Shown here in pieces: positions 22,435 to 35,663 of a stretch of 64,000 bases of DNA. This DNA comes from Lingula anatina. Taxonomy: Eukaryota > Animalia > Brachiopoda. Positions within the stretch are counted from its first letter, which is position 1. Each line of letters begins with the position of its first letter. The notes below the pieces were generated by a model. It was not told the DNA's origin. It made no database searches and saw only the letters and a list, made by a program, of their open reading frames with translations. The stretch lies in NCBI GenBank assembly GCA_051362555.1, contig CM120643.1:18976848-19040847 (forward strand), written 5' to 3'. The position numbers and the translations under genes are program-made.

Positions 22435-24525
22435 TTTTCAAAGAGACCATACAATTTTGGAAACGCTACCACCATGCGCCTTTTATCAAATTTTGGATAT
22501 TACTCTTTGCATTTACTAAAAGCGCTGGTTAAATTTTGGCCTAATTTATGCTTTTTGTCTGAAATAAAGCTTGTAAGGCACCGGCCTAAAGGAGTGGTGG
22601 CAGGAACGTAATTATGCACGCGAATGGTTGGCAAATCCGACTTGATTTTTATCACACTCGTTCAAAACTAAACCAAAATGGTGTAGCATTTACTAAGGGA
22701 TTACAGGATTAAAAAAAATAGGTCTACACATCTATATCAATAGGAAGGTGAGACTAGGGTGCAATTAGAAATTCACTGGACAACAGTATTACCATATGAT
22801 TTTATTTAAAAGATGAAATTCTTAATTAAGTTGTGCATCTTGTTTTAGGCCGTGGTCTTTACATTAAACAATTTTTAAATCTGTTTTCCACCAAGTTGTT
22901 CCTTCATCAGTGCCTATTTTTATATTTGAGGATATTTTTGGGGAAACTTAAAACTAACTAAACATTTGACATTTTAACCGGTGAAATCTAGTTAACATTG
23001 ACAATGACAGTGAAGTGGAATATTTTTTCCTCTGCCTGTATAACCAAGTGAAGACTCCGAGCGTTTAACCATATTCAACTTTCGTGCCGTAATTTTGGCT
23101 AAACCTGAAGTTAACAAACTCAAATGGTCAACATGCGTTCATTATATAAAATACCTATATGCAGTGTAATTTTTTTCTCAGCAATAAAAACATTTTAGGC
23201 ATTACTTAGAATACTGGTTTCGCCTACTGTATTCTGGTTACACTTGTTATCACGGAATTTTGGAAAACGGGAGTATAGCATCAGACATTCAGATATATAT
23301 CTTTATACATAATGCCATAATCTAATATCTTACCAGATTCAGTCGGTTGCAAGAAATTCGACACATGACATGAGTTGCATATTTATAAAATTGTTTTAAA
23401 ATATCATGCAATTTGATTTACATATTTTACTCCTGCTTACAGAGCATAAATGCACTTTGGTTCATATGTTATGGTATTTTGCATCACTGGTCAAACCAAA
23501 ATGAAAAATCAATGCTAGATGTACAGGTTTTGTAACATATACTGGCACCTTCGTCATACAAAATGTAATTAACGGATATTGCTTACAATGTTTCAAGCAC
23601 TGTAATTTAGAAATTGTTCAATACGTTTACTCTATTATTATCTCCTAAAGGGGGGTCGTCCACGTGCACCGACAAACTCTCCAACTGCGCCGCCTATGGT
23701 GACAAGGCCTGCACTGGAATTTATGAAGCCTGGGCAAAAGAAAACTGCCCCAAGACATGTAACTTCTGTGGTAATGAAAACAATTAATCGTATATAGTAT
23801 CGCTTTTTTTTTTTTTTTTTTTTTTTGCTAAAAACCATATTGTGCTTTTTTGTTTATTCAGTGTCATGAACTTAAGACCCCATTCCCAGAGATAAGAACG
23901 AACCAAACTAGATCGACCTAACTCCCTGGGGGTTCACGCTAAATAGCTGACAGCCGAGCGGGCACGAAAGTTAATTACCCCCTTACAGCTTGTAGTAGGC
24001 GGGACAGACATTTAAGGTGGATTATCTGACAGTAATCTAGTGAGACTCCCCTGACAGTAATCTAGATCGATCTAAAATCTATGGGAATACGCCCTAAGAT
24101 ACAAATAACAAGCTCATCTTAAATTGACAAAATAATATCAAGCTGTTTGTATATAGTACTTCTTAATGCTTCGTAAATTATTTTCTGAGTAGAAAAAGAT
24201 TCAGAATATTCAGAAGAAACTCAGTAAAAATCACAGTGGTACAGAATGTTTGAAATTCTGAGACAGCTGGCTAGCCTTCTAATATCATCGCTTCGCTTTC
24301 AGGAGGTGTTCCAGTGCCTCCTATGCCGACTCCGCCTCTGCCAGGTGGTGAGTATTGTTATACCGTATGTTTATGTGAAACGCCTTTAAACATGTGTAAC
24401 ATTTACATGTAAATTAATGGAAATTTAACTTATGTTAGAGTAACTCTTTATACAGTATTCATGTAAAATCTACAGAAATAGATTATTATTATTATTATTA
24501 TTATTTGATGCACGTGCTATTTTAC

Positions 24526-24623
<98 letters not shown>

Positions 24624-27600
24624 CATCCTGTTATACGGCCACAGACTGGAATTCTAATTAATGATTACTGTTGTTCAGTTACTCGCATGTGCTGTGATAT
24701 GACATTCATGTCTCCTCATTAACCCAAGCTAAAGTATAAGTACCGGTAAAGGACAAACACAAATATGGTGTTCGAAATTTGGTCGGTAGCGGCCGCTTTT
24801 ATTGAAAGGTCCCTCTAGTAAAAGAATAGTGTTAGTTATTATATAGCAATATTGAATTTGATTAAAATTATGTAAAGTTATAGCATAAAAACAAATATCC
24901 AAACAAAAAGTGCACGTATTTTCATACTATATAAGCCTGTTTTTATATTTGAAGATATTTTTGGGGAAACTTAAAACTAAACATTTGACATTTTAACCGG
25001 TCAAATCTAGTTAACATTGACAATATTTTTCCTCTGCCTGTATAACCAAGTGAAGACTCCGAGCGTTTAACCATATTCAACTTTCGTGCCGTAATTTTGG
25101 CCAAACTGAAGTTGACAAACTGAAATGGTCAACATGCGTTCATTATATAAAAATACCTATAAGCAGTGTAATTTTTTCTCAGCAATAAAAACATTTTAGG
25201 CATTACTTAGTATACTGGTTTGGCCTACTGCATTCTGGTTACACTTGTAATCACGGAATTTTGGAAAACGGGAGTATAGCATCAGACATTCAGATATATA
25301 TCTTTATACATAATGCCATAATCTAATATCTTACCAGATTCAGTCGGTTTGCAAGAAATTCGACACATGACATGAGTTGCATATTTATAAAATTGTATAA
25401 AATATCATGCAATTTGATTTACATATTTTACTCCTGCTTACAGAGCATAAATGCACTTTGGTTCATATGTTATGGTATTTTGCATCACTGGTCAAACCAA
25501 AATGAAAAATCAATGCTAGATGTACAGGTTTTGTAACATATACTGGCACCTTCGTCATACAAAATGTAATTAACGGATATTGCTTACAATGTTTCAAGCA
25601 CTGTAATTTAGAAATTGTTCAATACGTTTACTCTATTATTATCTCCTAAAGGGGGGTCGTCCACGTGCACCGACAAACTCTCCAACTGCGCCGCCTATGG
25701 TGACAAGGCCTGCACTGGAATTTATGAAGCCTGGGCAAAAGAAAACTGCCCCAAGACATGTAACTTCTGTGGTAATGAAAACAATTAATCGTATATATAG
25801 TATCGGTTTTTTATTTTTTATTATTATTATTATTTTTTTTTTTGCTAGAAACCATATTGTGCTTTTTTGTTTATTCAACATCATGAACTTAAGATACAAA
25901 GAACAACCTCATCTTAAATTGACAAAATGTATAATTTCAAGCTGTTTGTATATAGTACTTCTTAATGCTTCGTAAATGATTTCCTGAGTAGCAAAAGATT
26001 CAGAATATTCAGAATATTCAGAAGAAACTCAGTAAAAATCACAGTGACACAGAAGTAAAATCGAGTAAAATGCTCTTCGATACACAGTTGAACCTCACAA
26101 ATAACCTGCCAATGTGAATAAGTATATTGGCAAGCACAATGATAAATCAGTCGATAAGTTCAGCATGTGAGTGCTATCCAGTCTAAGCGTGCTATATGGG
26201 CCATTCTACAAAAATGTTAACATTTGAGTCACGCCTATGACGCACACACTTAGTCCGCATTCTCAACGAATGCAGCCAGGCTTTACAAATCCTGAGAACT
26301 AAAAATGGCTTACGTACATGAAAGAAAAACCGCCTAATCTTTTAATAGTCTCTCCGCCTCTCACACGCCTCCCCACACGTCGTCCCTGCGGGGTACAGTA
26401 ATTAAATCTCGGCTCCGAACATGAATATCTCCGTGAATATCTCTGGTGATATTATCTCCGTAGATAGCCGATCCATTGCTGCTTTACGGGCCAATTCATT
26501 CCTTTTTCGTCTCTGTTTTGAAAGATAATAGAACAGAAGAGCTTTTTTCCTTCGATCGCCTTCAGCCGCCATGCTTTCTTCACCACGAGTTTAACTGATG
26601 AGCATGCACACTTAATATTTCTCAGGTAGCTTCCGCATGGCGAACGGAGCCGAGATTTAATTACTGTACCCCGCAGGGACGACGTGTGGGGAGGCGTGTG
26701 AGAGGCGGAGAGACTATTAAAAGATTAGGCGGTTTTTCTTTCATGTACGTCCGCCATTTTTAGTTCTCAGGATTTGTAAAGCCTGGCTCAATTCGTTGAG
26801 AATGCGGTCTTAGGTTGATAATTGCACAACTGTTTTATATTACTTTTTTATTGTTTATATATCTCTATGAAGCATGGATATTTTTTCCTATTGGAGGATA
26901 CTGTTTTGTGAGGAAGAGAAAATAATGGGGAAAGTTAGAATTATGCAATAATTTTAGCGTCACTAACACGACTCAATTATTCACAATTTGTGGATTAACA
27001 TTTAAATTCCTGTTCGTCTGTGTTTTCTTTTACACATTGATTTTGCTTATTCCCGTGAATATTTTCCATGTCTGACATTTAATTGAGTTCAGGTTCACAA
27101 GCCGGTGGTTCAACCGGTGGCTCTACTGGGGGTGTAGTTCAGAGCAGTAAGCTGTTTTCGTTTGTTTTCACAACTATCAATATCTTTTCTTTAAAAGAAT
27201 CATCAAATGACCGCGGAATCAAATATAGTATACGTGAAATAAAGGTTGTATTTTTAGTTATACCGTATGTCTGTTTGAACACATGTAGGTGGCTTCGTAC
27301 AGAATCTGATATGGTAATTCATATTTGTACGGTTTAGGAACGTTCGTGTACAGTCGTTTTCGTATTACGTTATGTTATGCTGTTTCTTATGGCCGGTCTC
27401 GATATAAAAATTGCTGTTTGTTAAGCGTAATCCAAATGTGATGTTTGCTTATATAGACAGTGTCGTATGCAGTGAATAACGTGATCAAAATATAGTATCT
27501 CTGCTATAGGCGGGTGCATATACCAAGGACAAACGTATAGACAAGGCTGGACGTGGAAAGACGGGTGTAATTACAACTGCGAATGTGTAGATGGGTCAAC

Positions 27601-29066
27601 AGGCTTCTACAGATGTACAGAAAGGTAACAGGTTAAATTGAAGAAATGGAGGATGGTTGGTTAAACCGTGAGCCCTTCATAACTGTATTTTACTACAATA
27701 TAAACTATGAGCTATAAGTAGGTGCAGCTGTTTGGTAATTTGCTATAATTCGAGCTAACACGTTAATAATAGTACATGTATAACAACAGTCTTAATGGAT
27801 TTCAACCAGATCTACTGCACTTGAACAGCTGTCAGTTCTGTGCTAATATAAAGAATTTTTACATAAAAGAAACGAGGAAAAAACTCTGTAAGGTATTTCT
27901 CCTTCTGTTCAATTTAGATGTCCAAAATACGATACTACTGGATTCCCGCCACAGTGCTCAATGCAACCAGATCCAAACGACTCTTGCTGCAGGAAGCCAG
28001 TATGCAACTTGGGGGGAAGCACTGGAGCCGGAAGTGGCACTGGGACCTACCCAGGTATTTTCAAATGAGACGCACCTTTTTCTGGATTTCTTCATAGACT
28101 TCTATGTTCTGTGTCTAGATTGTAGTGAAAACAATACTGGGAATTTATAATCATTATTTTTCGTTGGTATTTGCTTTATAATAAAGCATATTTTTTTAAA
28201 ATTCCTCATCAGCATCCGGCTGTCTCTATAATGGCAAGACATACAAACAGGGAGAAACGTGGAAAGATGGATGCAAGTACAGTTGCACCTGCACGAATGG
28301 GGCTTCAGGCCTATACACGTGTAGTGCCATGTAAGGCAAAGTTGTTTTCATCAGTGTTATACAGCATTTGACAAAATCGCATTGTCGTCTCCTATTAAAA
28401 TGTATGAATGATGAAAATTCGTTCTCTACTTATTTGAAGGCAAACTTAAACATTTCTGGTAATAACTTTTCCGAGTGCACTACCTACAACAATGTTGGAC
28501 CACGTAAAAGTATAGATCTTAATTGGCGAAAAGTTAAAGTCAATAATTATTAATAGAGAATATAGATTGTTTTTTTTTTTTTTTGTGGGAACTGTGGGGT
28601 AATATTATATTTTGGGATTCAAGCATACTGTAAATCATAAGCCACGTATCGGTTTGCGAAAGAACCAAATGCCTTCCCTACATACACATTTGTACGATAG
28701 CGGTGATGGAATCTTTTTTTTTACTTGTGGAGTACAATAGTTTGTTTCAAATGCGAAAGAGACTAAAAAGAGACAAAAATTAAACCTGTGGGTCGTGAAC
28801 GCTTTTAGGTATGGTTTGACTCTTAAGGTAAAAATGTTGAGATTTCAAGGAAATAATTATTTTTCTAAGTAAAGGACTTGCGCTCATTTTGTGTATCTTT
28901 CAAAGCATAATTTATATCTTTCTGTCTCTACAGGTGCCTCCACTGGCAGTTACCAGAGGTTTGTTCCCTCCAGCCACGTCCAGGGAAATGTTGTCCTAAA
29001 CCTTCGTGCCCACCTAACTATAGTATTAAGTACCCACCAGGGATGTCCGAGAGCACCTTGCCATAG
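21388..29066 (+). CDS. Gene B: secreted ShKT-Pro-ShKT-Gly/Ser-2x VWC-like protein, about 306 aa, with a 1-nt frameshift in the leader exon as assembled; exons 21388-21465, 23651-23770, 24303-24347, 25652-25771, 27093-27146, 27510-27624, 27918-28054, 28213-28330, 28934-29066
   Basis: Splice phases are consistent throughout. ShKT CTDKLSNCAAYGDKACTGIYEAWAKENCPKTCNFC occurs twice. VWC-like GCIYQGQTYRQGWTWKDGCNYNCEC..C..CP..CCRKPVC and GCLYNGKTYKQGETWKDGCKYSCTC..GKCCPKPSC. The leader reads MLPLTYVW(M)/ALVVGCVYGQG only if one base is restored near 21414. Confidence 0.75.
22055..22345 (-). mobile_element. Tc1-like transposon fragment (one end plus transposase C-terminus)
   Basis: Minus strand 22335-22228 reads HAWASISPERIRQLYESLPRRLAPILRSRGYATKY*, the canonical Tc1 C-terminus. 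Inserted after TA and absent from paralogous introns (e.g. ~50530). Confidence 0.75.
23876..24094. mobile_element. Harbinger-like MITE
   Basis: TAA TSD (empty site GAACTTAAGATACAAA at ~25886); imperfect TIR GACCCCATTCCCA / TGGGAATACGCCC; related fragments at ~15016-15085 and ~37536-37606. Confidence 0.7.
24531..24620. repeat. (TA)n microsatellite
   Basis: About 45 TA units; paralogous tracts at ~47339-47395 and ~52452-52504; another at ~41994-42026. Confidence 0.95.
26253..26809. mobile_element. Foldback MITE with ~165-bp TIRs and TTA TSD (Harbinger-like)
   Basis: 26253-26418 is the near-perfect reverse complement of 26645-26809; flanked by TTA on both sides. Confidence 0.8.
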
Positions 29067-29256
29067 ACACCTGTATGTCCACGTGATACCTACTTGATGC
29101 AGCTGCTTGCACTTGTAGAACAGACACAGAGAAAAGATGCTTGAAAATAGTTGAGAATATTTCTCCATGCTCATTTACGAGACTTGTTAATCAATTGATA
29201 GTATTGCTCAAGATTGCAATAATCTCGTCGATTTGTTTGTGCTTGTGATGATTTGA

Positions 29257-29262
29257 AATAAA
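29257..29262 (+). promoter_or_regulatory. Polyadenylation signal of gene B
   Basis: AATAAA about 190 nt after the stop codon; conserved at 58785-58790. Confidence 0.55.
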
Positions 29263-29623
29263 CAGATGAGAGTTTATTATGCAGTTTTACAAATCTTTCA
29301 GCAACACGCAAGAAAAAAGCCCTCCTCTATCGTGCAGACCCCTACATTCAAATTTGCACGGTAGCGGTGATAGAATCTTTTTTACTTGTGGAATTCAATA
29401 GTTTGTTTCAAATGCGAAAGAGACTAAAACAGACAAAAATTAAACCTGTGGGTCTTGAACGCCTTTATGTAAGGTTTGGCTCATAAAATAAAAATGTCGA
29501 GATTTCAAGGAAATAATTATTTTTCTAAGTAAAGGGCTTGCGCTCATTTTGTGTATATTTCAAACCATAACTTATTTTCGATCTATAGTAGATCCTTGTT
29601 TGAGCACTAACAAAATATCTCAC

Positions 29624-30603
29624 GTGAAAAAGGCAAATTCTTTCCGGCAGATGTCGTAAAAGTCCACTCTTTAGTCGTGCCTTTGGCACCTATCCAGAAA
29701 TGACTGCCTGGGTACTTTTGAGCATGCAGGTAGTCATTTTCCGATTAGTTTTCAATAACCACCAAGCTTGCACCCACAGACGCACAGTTTTTGTCTGCTT
29801 CCGACCACGAGACTGCTTCGTCAACATAGAGGTACTGGCTATTCTAATTGATCGTCCATTGCACTGGAAGCAAGAAAAAATGCAGTATTATCGAGAGCTT
29901 TGTCTGAGATGAAAAGCCCGTACTCATGATACTAAATTTCACAGCAGATTAAGATATAATAAAAACGAAATGTTAGATTAAAATCAAGAAAGCGAAACTA
30001 GACCTTTAAGTTTGCGAATGAACTCACGTTTTCTCTTGCAAACGAACCATTGTGCCGAGCTACAATCCCTATCATTCCAGCTCCCACTTTGTTGGATCTC
30101 TGCGCAGTCTTCGTTGTTGCCTAGGTCATTTGGTTCAGAACCACCCCAACCTGAAGTAGAAATAAAATAAAATAATGTATTAGTATTGACCTTTAATGGC
30201 AATGAAGTGTGGCAATGGTGGTCTTGCAGCATAAAGGGGGGTGGATTATACCAGAAGACAGGTGCACTTTCAATGAAAGCATAAATGTTCCTGTGCCAAG
30301 CTCTTTTATTTCTGTCAGTAAATTCCTCTCAATACCTGGCAATCGTATAAGCTACATCAATCGTTGATATTGGAAGAAACCAGGGAAATATTGTAGACGA
30401 GATGCATGTTTTCTATACTAGAACGCAATTTTTATCAAAGTAACCTACCTGTGAAAGCAACTGGGTTGCCTTTGACAATCACCCAAGTTCCCTCAGCTCT
30501 TTTGTCGTTGATCCCTATCCAAATATTGTTCACGGCCTTATTTCCGATGAACACGATGAAATCGTTCTCGCCTTGGTTCTCAACAATGGCGAGGTAGCAG
30601 CCT
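29624..30603 (-). pseudogene. Tandem C-type lectin domain pseudogene; exons ~30603-30449, 30150-30028, 29863-29624
   Basis: YLAIVENQGENDFI..IWIGINDKRAEGTW / WGGSEPNDLGNNEDCAEI..WNDRDCSSAQWFVCK (EPN and WND motifs). The second CTLD exon has TAG and TAA stops. The 5' end is cut by a repeat and downstream exons are missing. Confidence 0.85.
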
Positions 30604-30610
30604 GCTTACC

Positions 30611-30835
30611 GATGTACCATGAAAATTTGACTCCCCCAAAATGTGACTCCCCAGTCAAATTTTCATAATGAAAATGTGACTCCCCCCAAGAAATTTTGAC
30701 TCCCCCACAAAACTTTGTAAATCCTAATTTATTTCATTATATGACTTTTATATTGAAGTATGCATAATGGAGAAAGATAATTGCCCCCACGCTCTGTCTT
30801 TTTGATCACGAAGTCGATCTACTTGGTGTAAGCAC
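30611..30835. repeat. Transposon-end-like fragment with repeated TGACTCCCC motifs, truncating the lectin exon
   Basis: Four GACTCCCC motifs within about 100 bp; second copy at ~61960-62160. Confidence 0.5.
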
Positions 30836-30889
30836 CAGTCACGCCTCTATTGGCAGAAAGAAAGAGATGATAAAAAGGTTGCTTTTTCA

Positions 30890-31050
30890 GTTAATGTCAC
30901 ACCAGAATAAGATATAATAAAAACGAAATGTTTGATTAAAATTAAGAAAGCTGAACCAGACCTTTAAGTTTGCGAATGAACTCACGTTTTCTCTTGCACA
31001 CGAACCATTATGCCGAGCTACAGGACAATCCCTTTCATTCTAACTCCCAC
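30890..31050 (-). pseudogene. Degenerate duplicate of the 3' half of the lectin WND exon and its intron
   Basis: Aligns to ~29935-30088 with the Trp codon changed to TAG; also at ~62210-62367. Confidence 0.7.
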
Positions 31051-32601
31051 TGGGGTAGGTGGGCAGGCCCACTAGGATAGGCCAGTCATTGGATACGTCA
31101 AGTAAACATGTACACCAACGAGACTTTTAAGTTAAAACTCCTATCATGTCGGCTTTCCGTAAGTGATCGTGCAGAAGATACCAACGTTGTCATACGCTAT
31201 TGACGACGATGGTGGTCTAAGGGTGTCCTTAATTGCAAAGGAGTGCGCGTTTACATTTGTACTGACATATCCAGGATTTTGCAAAAGGAAGGGGTATACC
31301 GAGTAAATGGTGACATGCATAAAATAAACATATGCCGATCGAAGCGGTAGACAAGGGCATTGTTGCCGGAATATCCAGGGCATAAAGATGGGGACGGTTT
31401 TGAGTTTGACTCTTTTCTTTCGAAGTAATCTTCTTTTCTTTTATTTATTTGCTAATTTATTTATTTTGGGGGGAGGGGAAAGGTAGGAGAGACAGTAGAG
31501 CCGGCAACCTGGGAAATATTTCAAGCTAAGGATGGGGAGATGTTTATATGAAGCCCTTTTTAAACTCTTCTAATAGTACATTTGCTCGTCGGAAAATCAG
31601 CCGAAGTAAAAGTATAAGTAAAGAACAAACACAAATATGGTGTTCGAAATTTGGCCGCTTGCATTGAAAGGTTCCTCTAGTAATGGGTTCTGGTAGAGAG
31701 CAAGAGAGAGACATATCCCCCGCTTTACCCGTTTGACTTCACTAGACAGTCCCTATTGTCTAGACAGCCCCTAGGTATTGTCTTTCTTGTTATAAAACGG
31801 ACACAATATATGTCTTGTAATTGGACTGTCACTGATTTATCTTGGATCAAAACAGACTCAAATTAGGGGCATTTATCCGTATATCCTTTTGGTAAAAAAA
31901 GCCTATTTCTATGGTTAAATGCGTATTTATTATGGGACATATACCGAGAAGGGTGAACACAGTCCGTTTAGTTAACTGCTGAAAACGCGGCCAATGACGC
32001 TACTGCTAATGTGACGTTATGCACATCAGGATTAGCTAGCAAAACGGAAGATCTGCAGCTTAATCCTTGAATAATTTCATTGTAATGAACCTTTTCATAC
32101 ATATTGAATGAATGTCCTAAACTAATATAATTTTAGTACGCTTAATTCAAGCGTGGTCTCGAATAAGGGCATTACGTTTTTGACTAACTGAACGGATAAC
32201 GCAATTCAAAAATTCCACGGTTCTATCAGATTTACATAAGGTGCAAAAAAAAGTCCACATAACTGTAGCTACATATTGTAAGTGAAGTCTTCAACTCCTA
32301 ACTCTCCGAAATCACGTCTGCCCTCTGCTCCGTCTCTCCTAGTCCCCTCCTCTACTTTCTCTTCCTCTCTCTCCTATTCACTCATCGCTTGTATACTAAT
32401 TTCTTATCTCACGTGGACCCAAACTTTAATTGCTTATGATTGTATAATTAATTTCTTTTCCTCGGCGTTATACAAATAGGTTGCCACATTACTCGAGAAC
32501 TATTGGACCACAACACGTTACGTCATATGACCTCATGAGATATCTTTTTGGTCTTTATGTCGGACACGACATCATATCATTTTGGTTAGTACCTTTAAAG
32601 T

Positions 32602-35600
32602 ATGATGACTTCATACATTCGTACGTGCTTTATAGCCGCCTTAGTTTCGGTCCTTTCACTGCTCCATGCAGCGTCTGGTGATGACTCTCAACTGCGTCTA
32701 GAACTATCTGATCTGCTAGCCCGCAATGCGCTGGCGATGGACAGATTGAGGGCAGAGTGTAAAGGATATGAAAATTTCGGGCCCCCTTTGCTCCTACATC
32801 TAATGTGGTTGTTGGCAGACGACAGACCACCGGCGTGGACATACAGTTGTTAGTGGATATTGGGTATCAGAAGGCAGTGAACGAACACCTGCTAAAGGTA
32901 GGCCCTATGCCTAATGCTTCCAGTTTTCATTAAATTCATTACATGATTAATATCAATACATTCGTAATACTGAAAAAAAATAAGCGTTTAGGTCCCAACT
33001 TTATCGGCAGCCTGCTTACATTTTCGTTTAGATGTCATCTACCGGTAGATTTCTTCACAACCGTTAATTTTTTTTCAATGTAAGTATTGACATATCAAAT
33101 GAAACTGTTTTCCCGTAGTAGATCTGTTGTTGACTGAGGATCGAAATAGCACACGTCATATGTTAAGCGTAGAGTATTCCATAAGGTATAGAGATATACT
33201 GCTGAAGGTTAGGTTATGAAAGGTTGTGAGTATTTCTATGTATTATTATGTACAGATGCAATGGAACCATTATTATTTCTAAGGGAGGAAACAGTACACA
33301 CCACATATTTAAGAGTAAGAAAACTAAAGATATAATAAAAATGATACTTACTTTAGGTAGTTTAGGTACTGAATCCTAAGTGTCTATACTTCATTCGTCT
33401 GTTTTCATTCACGGTAGCTTTATGGCAACTGTACTAGACATACTACGACCCCAAAACCATCTACTACAACAGTGATTACGACAACAACAACATCTTCAAC
33501 GATGTCTACGACAACTGCTCGTCCAGTGGAATCCTGTATGGACAAGACAGATTGCTCTAGATACTCAAATGATATCTGCATCCAGTTTCTAAAGTGGAGC
33601 GCAGATTACTGCAAATTCTTCTGTGGATTTTGCGGTAGGTTTTGAATAGATGGATAATATTTCAACAAAGATATAATTTCTCAAATGCTTCAAAATTATT
33701 AAATGCATACCAAAAATGCATAAGAAAAATAATAATATTGAGAAATAAAAATAGGGTCTTGGAATTTCAGTTTAAAAATTTTTCTCCGTAGTCATAAATA
33801 TAATATCATTCCATAGCCGATCACGGATTGACCATCTAGAAACCGTCTCTTGAGTTTTAATTTTCTAAGTTTTGATAATATTTTGGTTCTTTTTAGGTTG
33901 TTCAACGTTGGTGGCTGATGTTGCCTTTATATTAGATGCTTCAGGAAGCGTCGGCAGTGCCAATTTTGATAAAATGAAGGATTTCGTTCGGAATTTTGTC
34001 AGTTCGTTTAATATCGGCAACCAGCATGTTCAGATAGCCTTAATCCAATACAGCACCAGATCCACCATCGAGTCCTATTTCAGCAATGCGTCTTCAAAAG
34101 CAGAAGTTTATCGAGCCATAGACCAGATACAGTACATTTCTGGAGGCACCAATACTGGTGAAGCCATCAGAGATATGTGGCAGAATCTGTTTAGTGCCAA
34201 AATGGCGCGCGCCTTGGGGCCATCAAAATCGGCATTGTTATCACTGATGGGCAATCCAACGACATGTCTCTTACCACAAACGAGGCCAAGAATGCTAGAG
34301 ATAGGGGTATCAACATGTTTGCTATTGGAGTGGGAGTAAATATCAAGGTATTGTCTTGTTGTGTCAAACCTCGTTTGTTCTGGCCCTGCATGTGTCATTA
34401 AAATTATCTGGTCAAAAATAGTTATTTGTATGAATTAAAACTTAATTTGCCTAAGCTTAACAAAACAAAATAAAAATGAAAACAAATAGTGACCAGAGTT
34501 AAAGAAATACCGAATACAGCCTTTAATCTACTAACCAGATATTACAAAAAGGGATATAAATGCAGCAATGAGTAGGCCAAACTATTTGAGATGTTTTTTT
34601 TTTCAGACAACGGAATTAAACAGTATAGCGTCTGACACTCATGATCGACACGTGTTCTCAGTATCAAGCTTTGCAGATTTTGCCTCCATACAAGCGGATT
34701 TTACATCGGGCATATGCAAAGGTATTGTCTTTAACACCAACAGGTGATAAACGTGCTTTATTATCCAATCTTTGTGGAGTTACTTGCGTTGAAATGATTT
34801 TGTCAAAAAGGCGTAATTTGTATTAGTTTATGAATCTTGTTGACGTCCAGTTAAGGTAATTATCATGCACAATATACAAATAAATAAGTTTTCCTCATAT
34901 TGTAGGTTGTGCAACGTTAGTGGCTGATGTTGCCTTTGTATTAGATGCATCAGGTAGCGTCGGCAGTGCCAATTTTAATAAAATGAAGGACTTCGTTCGG
35001 AATTTTGTGAGTTCGTTCATTATTACCAACCAGCATGTTCAGATAGGCCTAATGCAGTTCAGCAGCAGATCCACCATCGAGTCCTATTTCAGCGATACTT
35101 CAACAAAAGCAGAAGTTTATCGAGCCATAGACCAGATACAGTACATTTCTGGAGGCACCAATACTGGTGAAGCCATCAGAGATATGTGGCAGAATCTATT
35201 CAGTGACAAAAATGGCGCCCGCCCTGGGGCCATCAAGATCGGCATTGTTATCACTGATGGGCAATCCAACGACATGTATCGGACCACGTACGAGTCCAAG
35301 AATGCTAGAGATCGGGGTATTACCATGTTTGCAATTAGCATTGGAAATGGAATTAAGGTACGTCTATGTTGGAACAGCGCATCGTTCTCGTTCCCAATGT
35401 GTTAATTGAATTTTCTGTAGTAAATGAAGAAAATAATTCCGATTAAATTACCGTCACAAATTAATTAAATAAGTTATAATACATTTGATAAATCAATCCA
35501 GACAAGAGATGAAGTAACAATCAAAGAGTATTTTTGTTTCCAGGTTACGGAATTACAGGGTATTGCGTCTGATCCTGATAGCCGACACGTGTATTCAATA

Positions 35601-35663
35601 GCAAGCTTTGCAGATTTTGCCTCCATACAGGCAGATTTTGCACAGGGGATTTGCAGAGGGTAG
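32602..35663 (+). pseudogene. Family A copy 3 (ShKT + 2x VWA), frameshifted as assembled; exons 32602-32897, 33418-33634, 33897-34347, 34607-34721, 34906-35357, 35544-35663
   Basis: Same exon structure as copy 1, but exon 1 is 296 nt instead of 297 (loss near 32782) and exon 3 is 451 nt instead of 452 (loss near 34200). Both losses lie in homopolymer runs, so sequencing error is not excluded. Confidence 0.75.
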
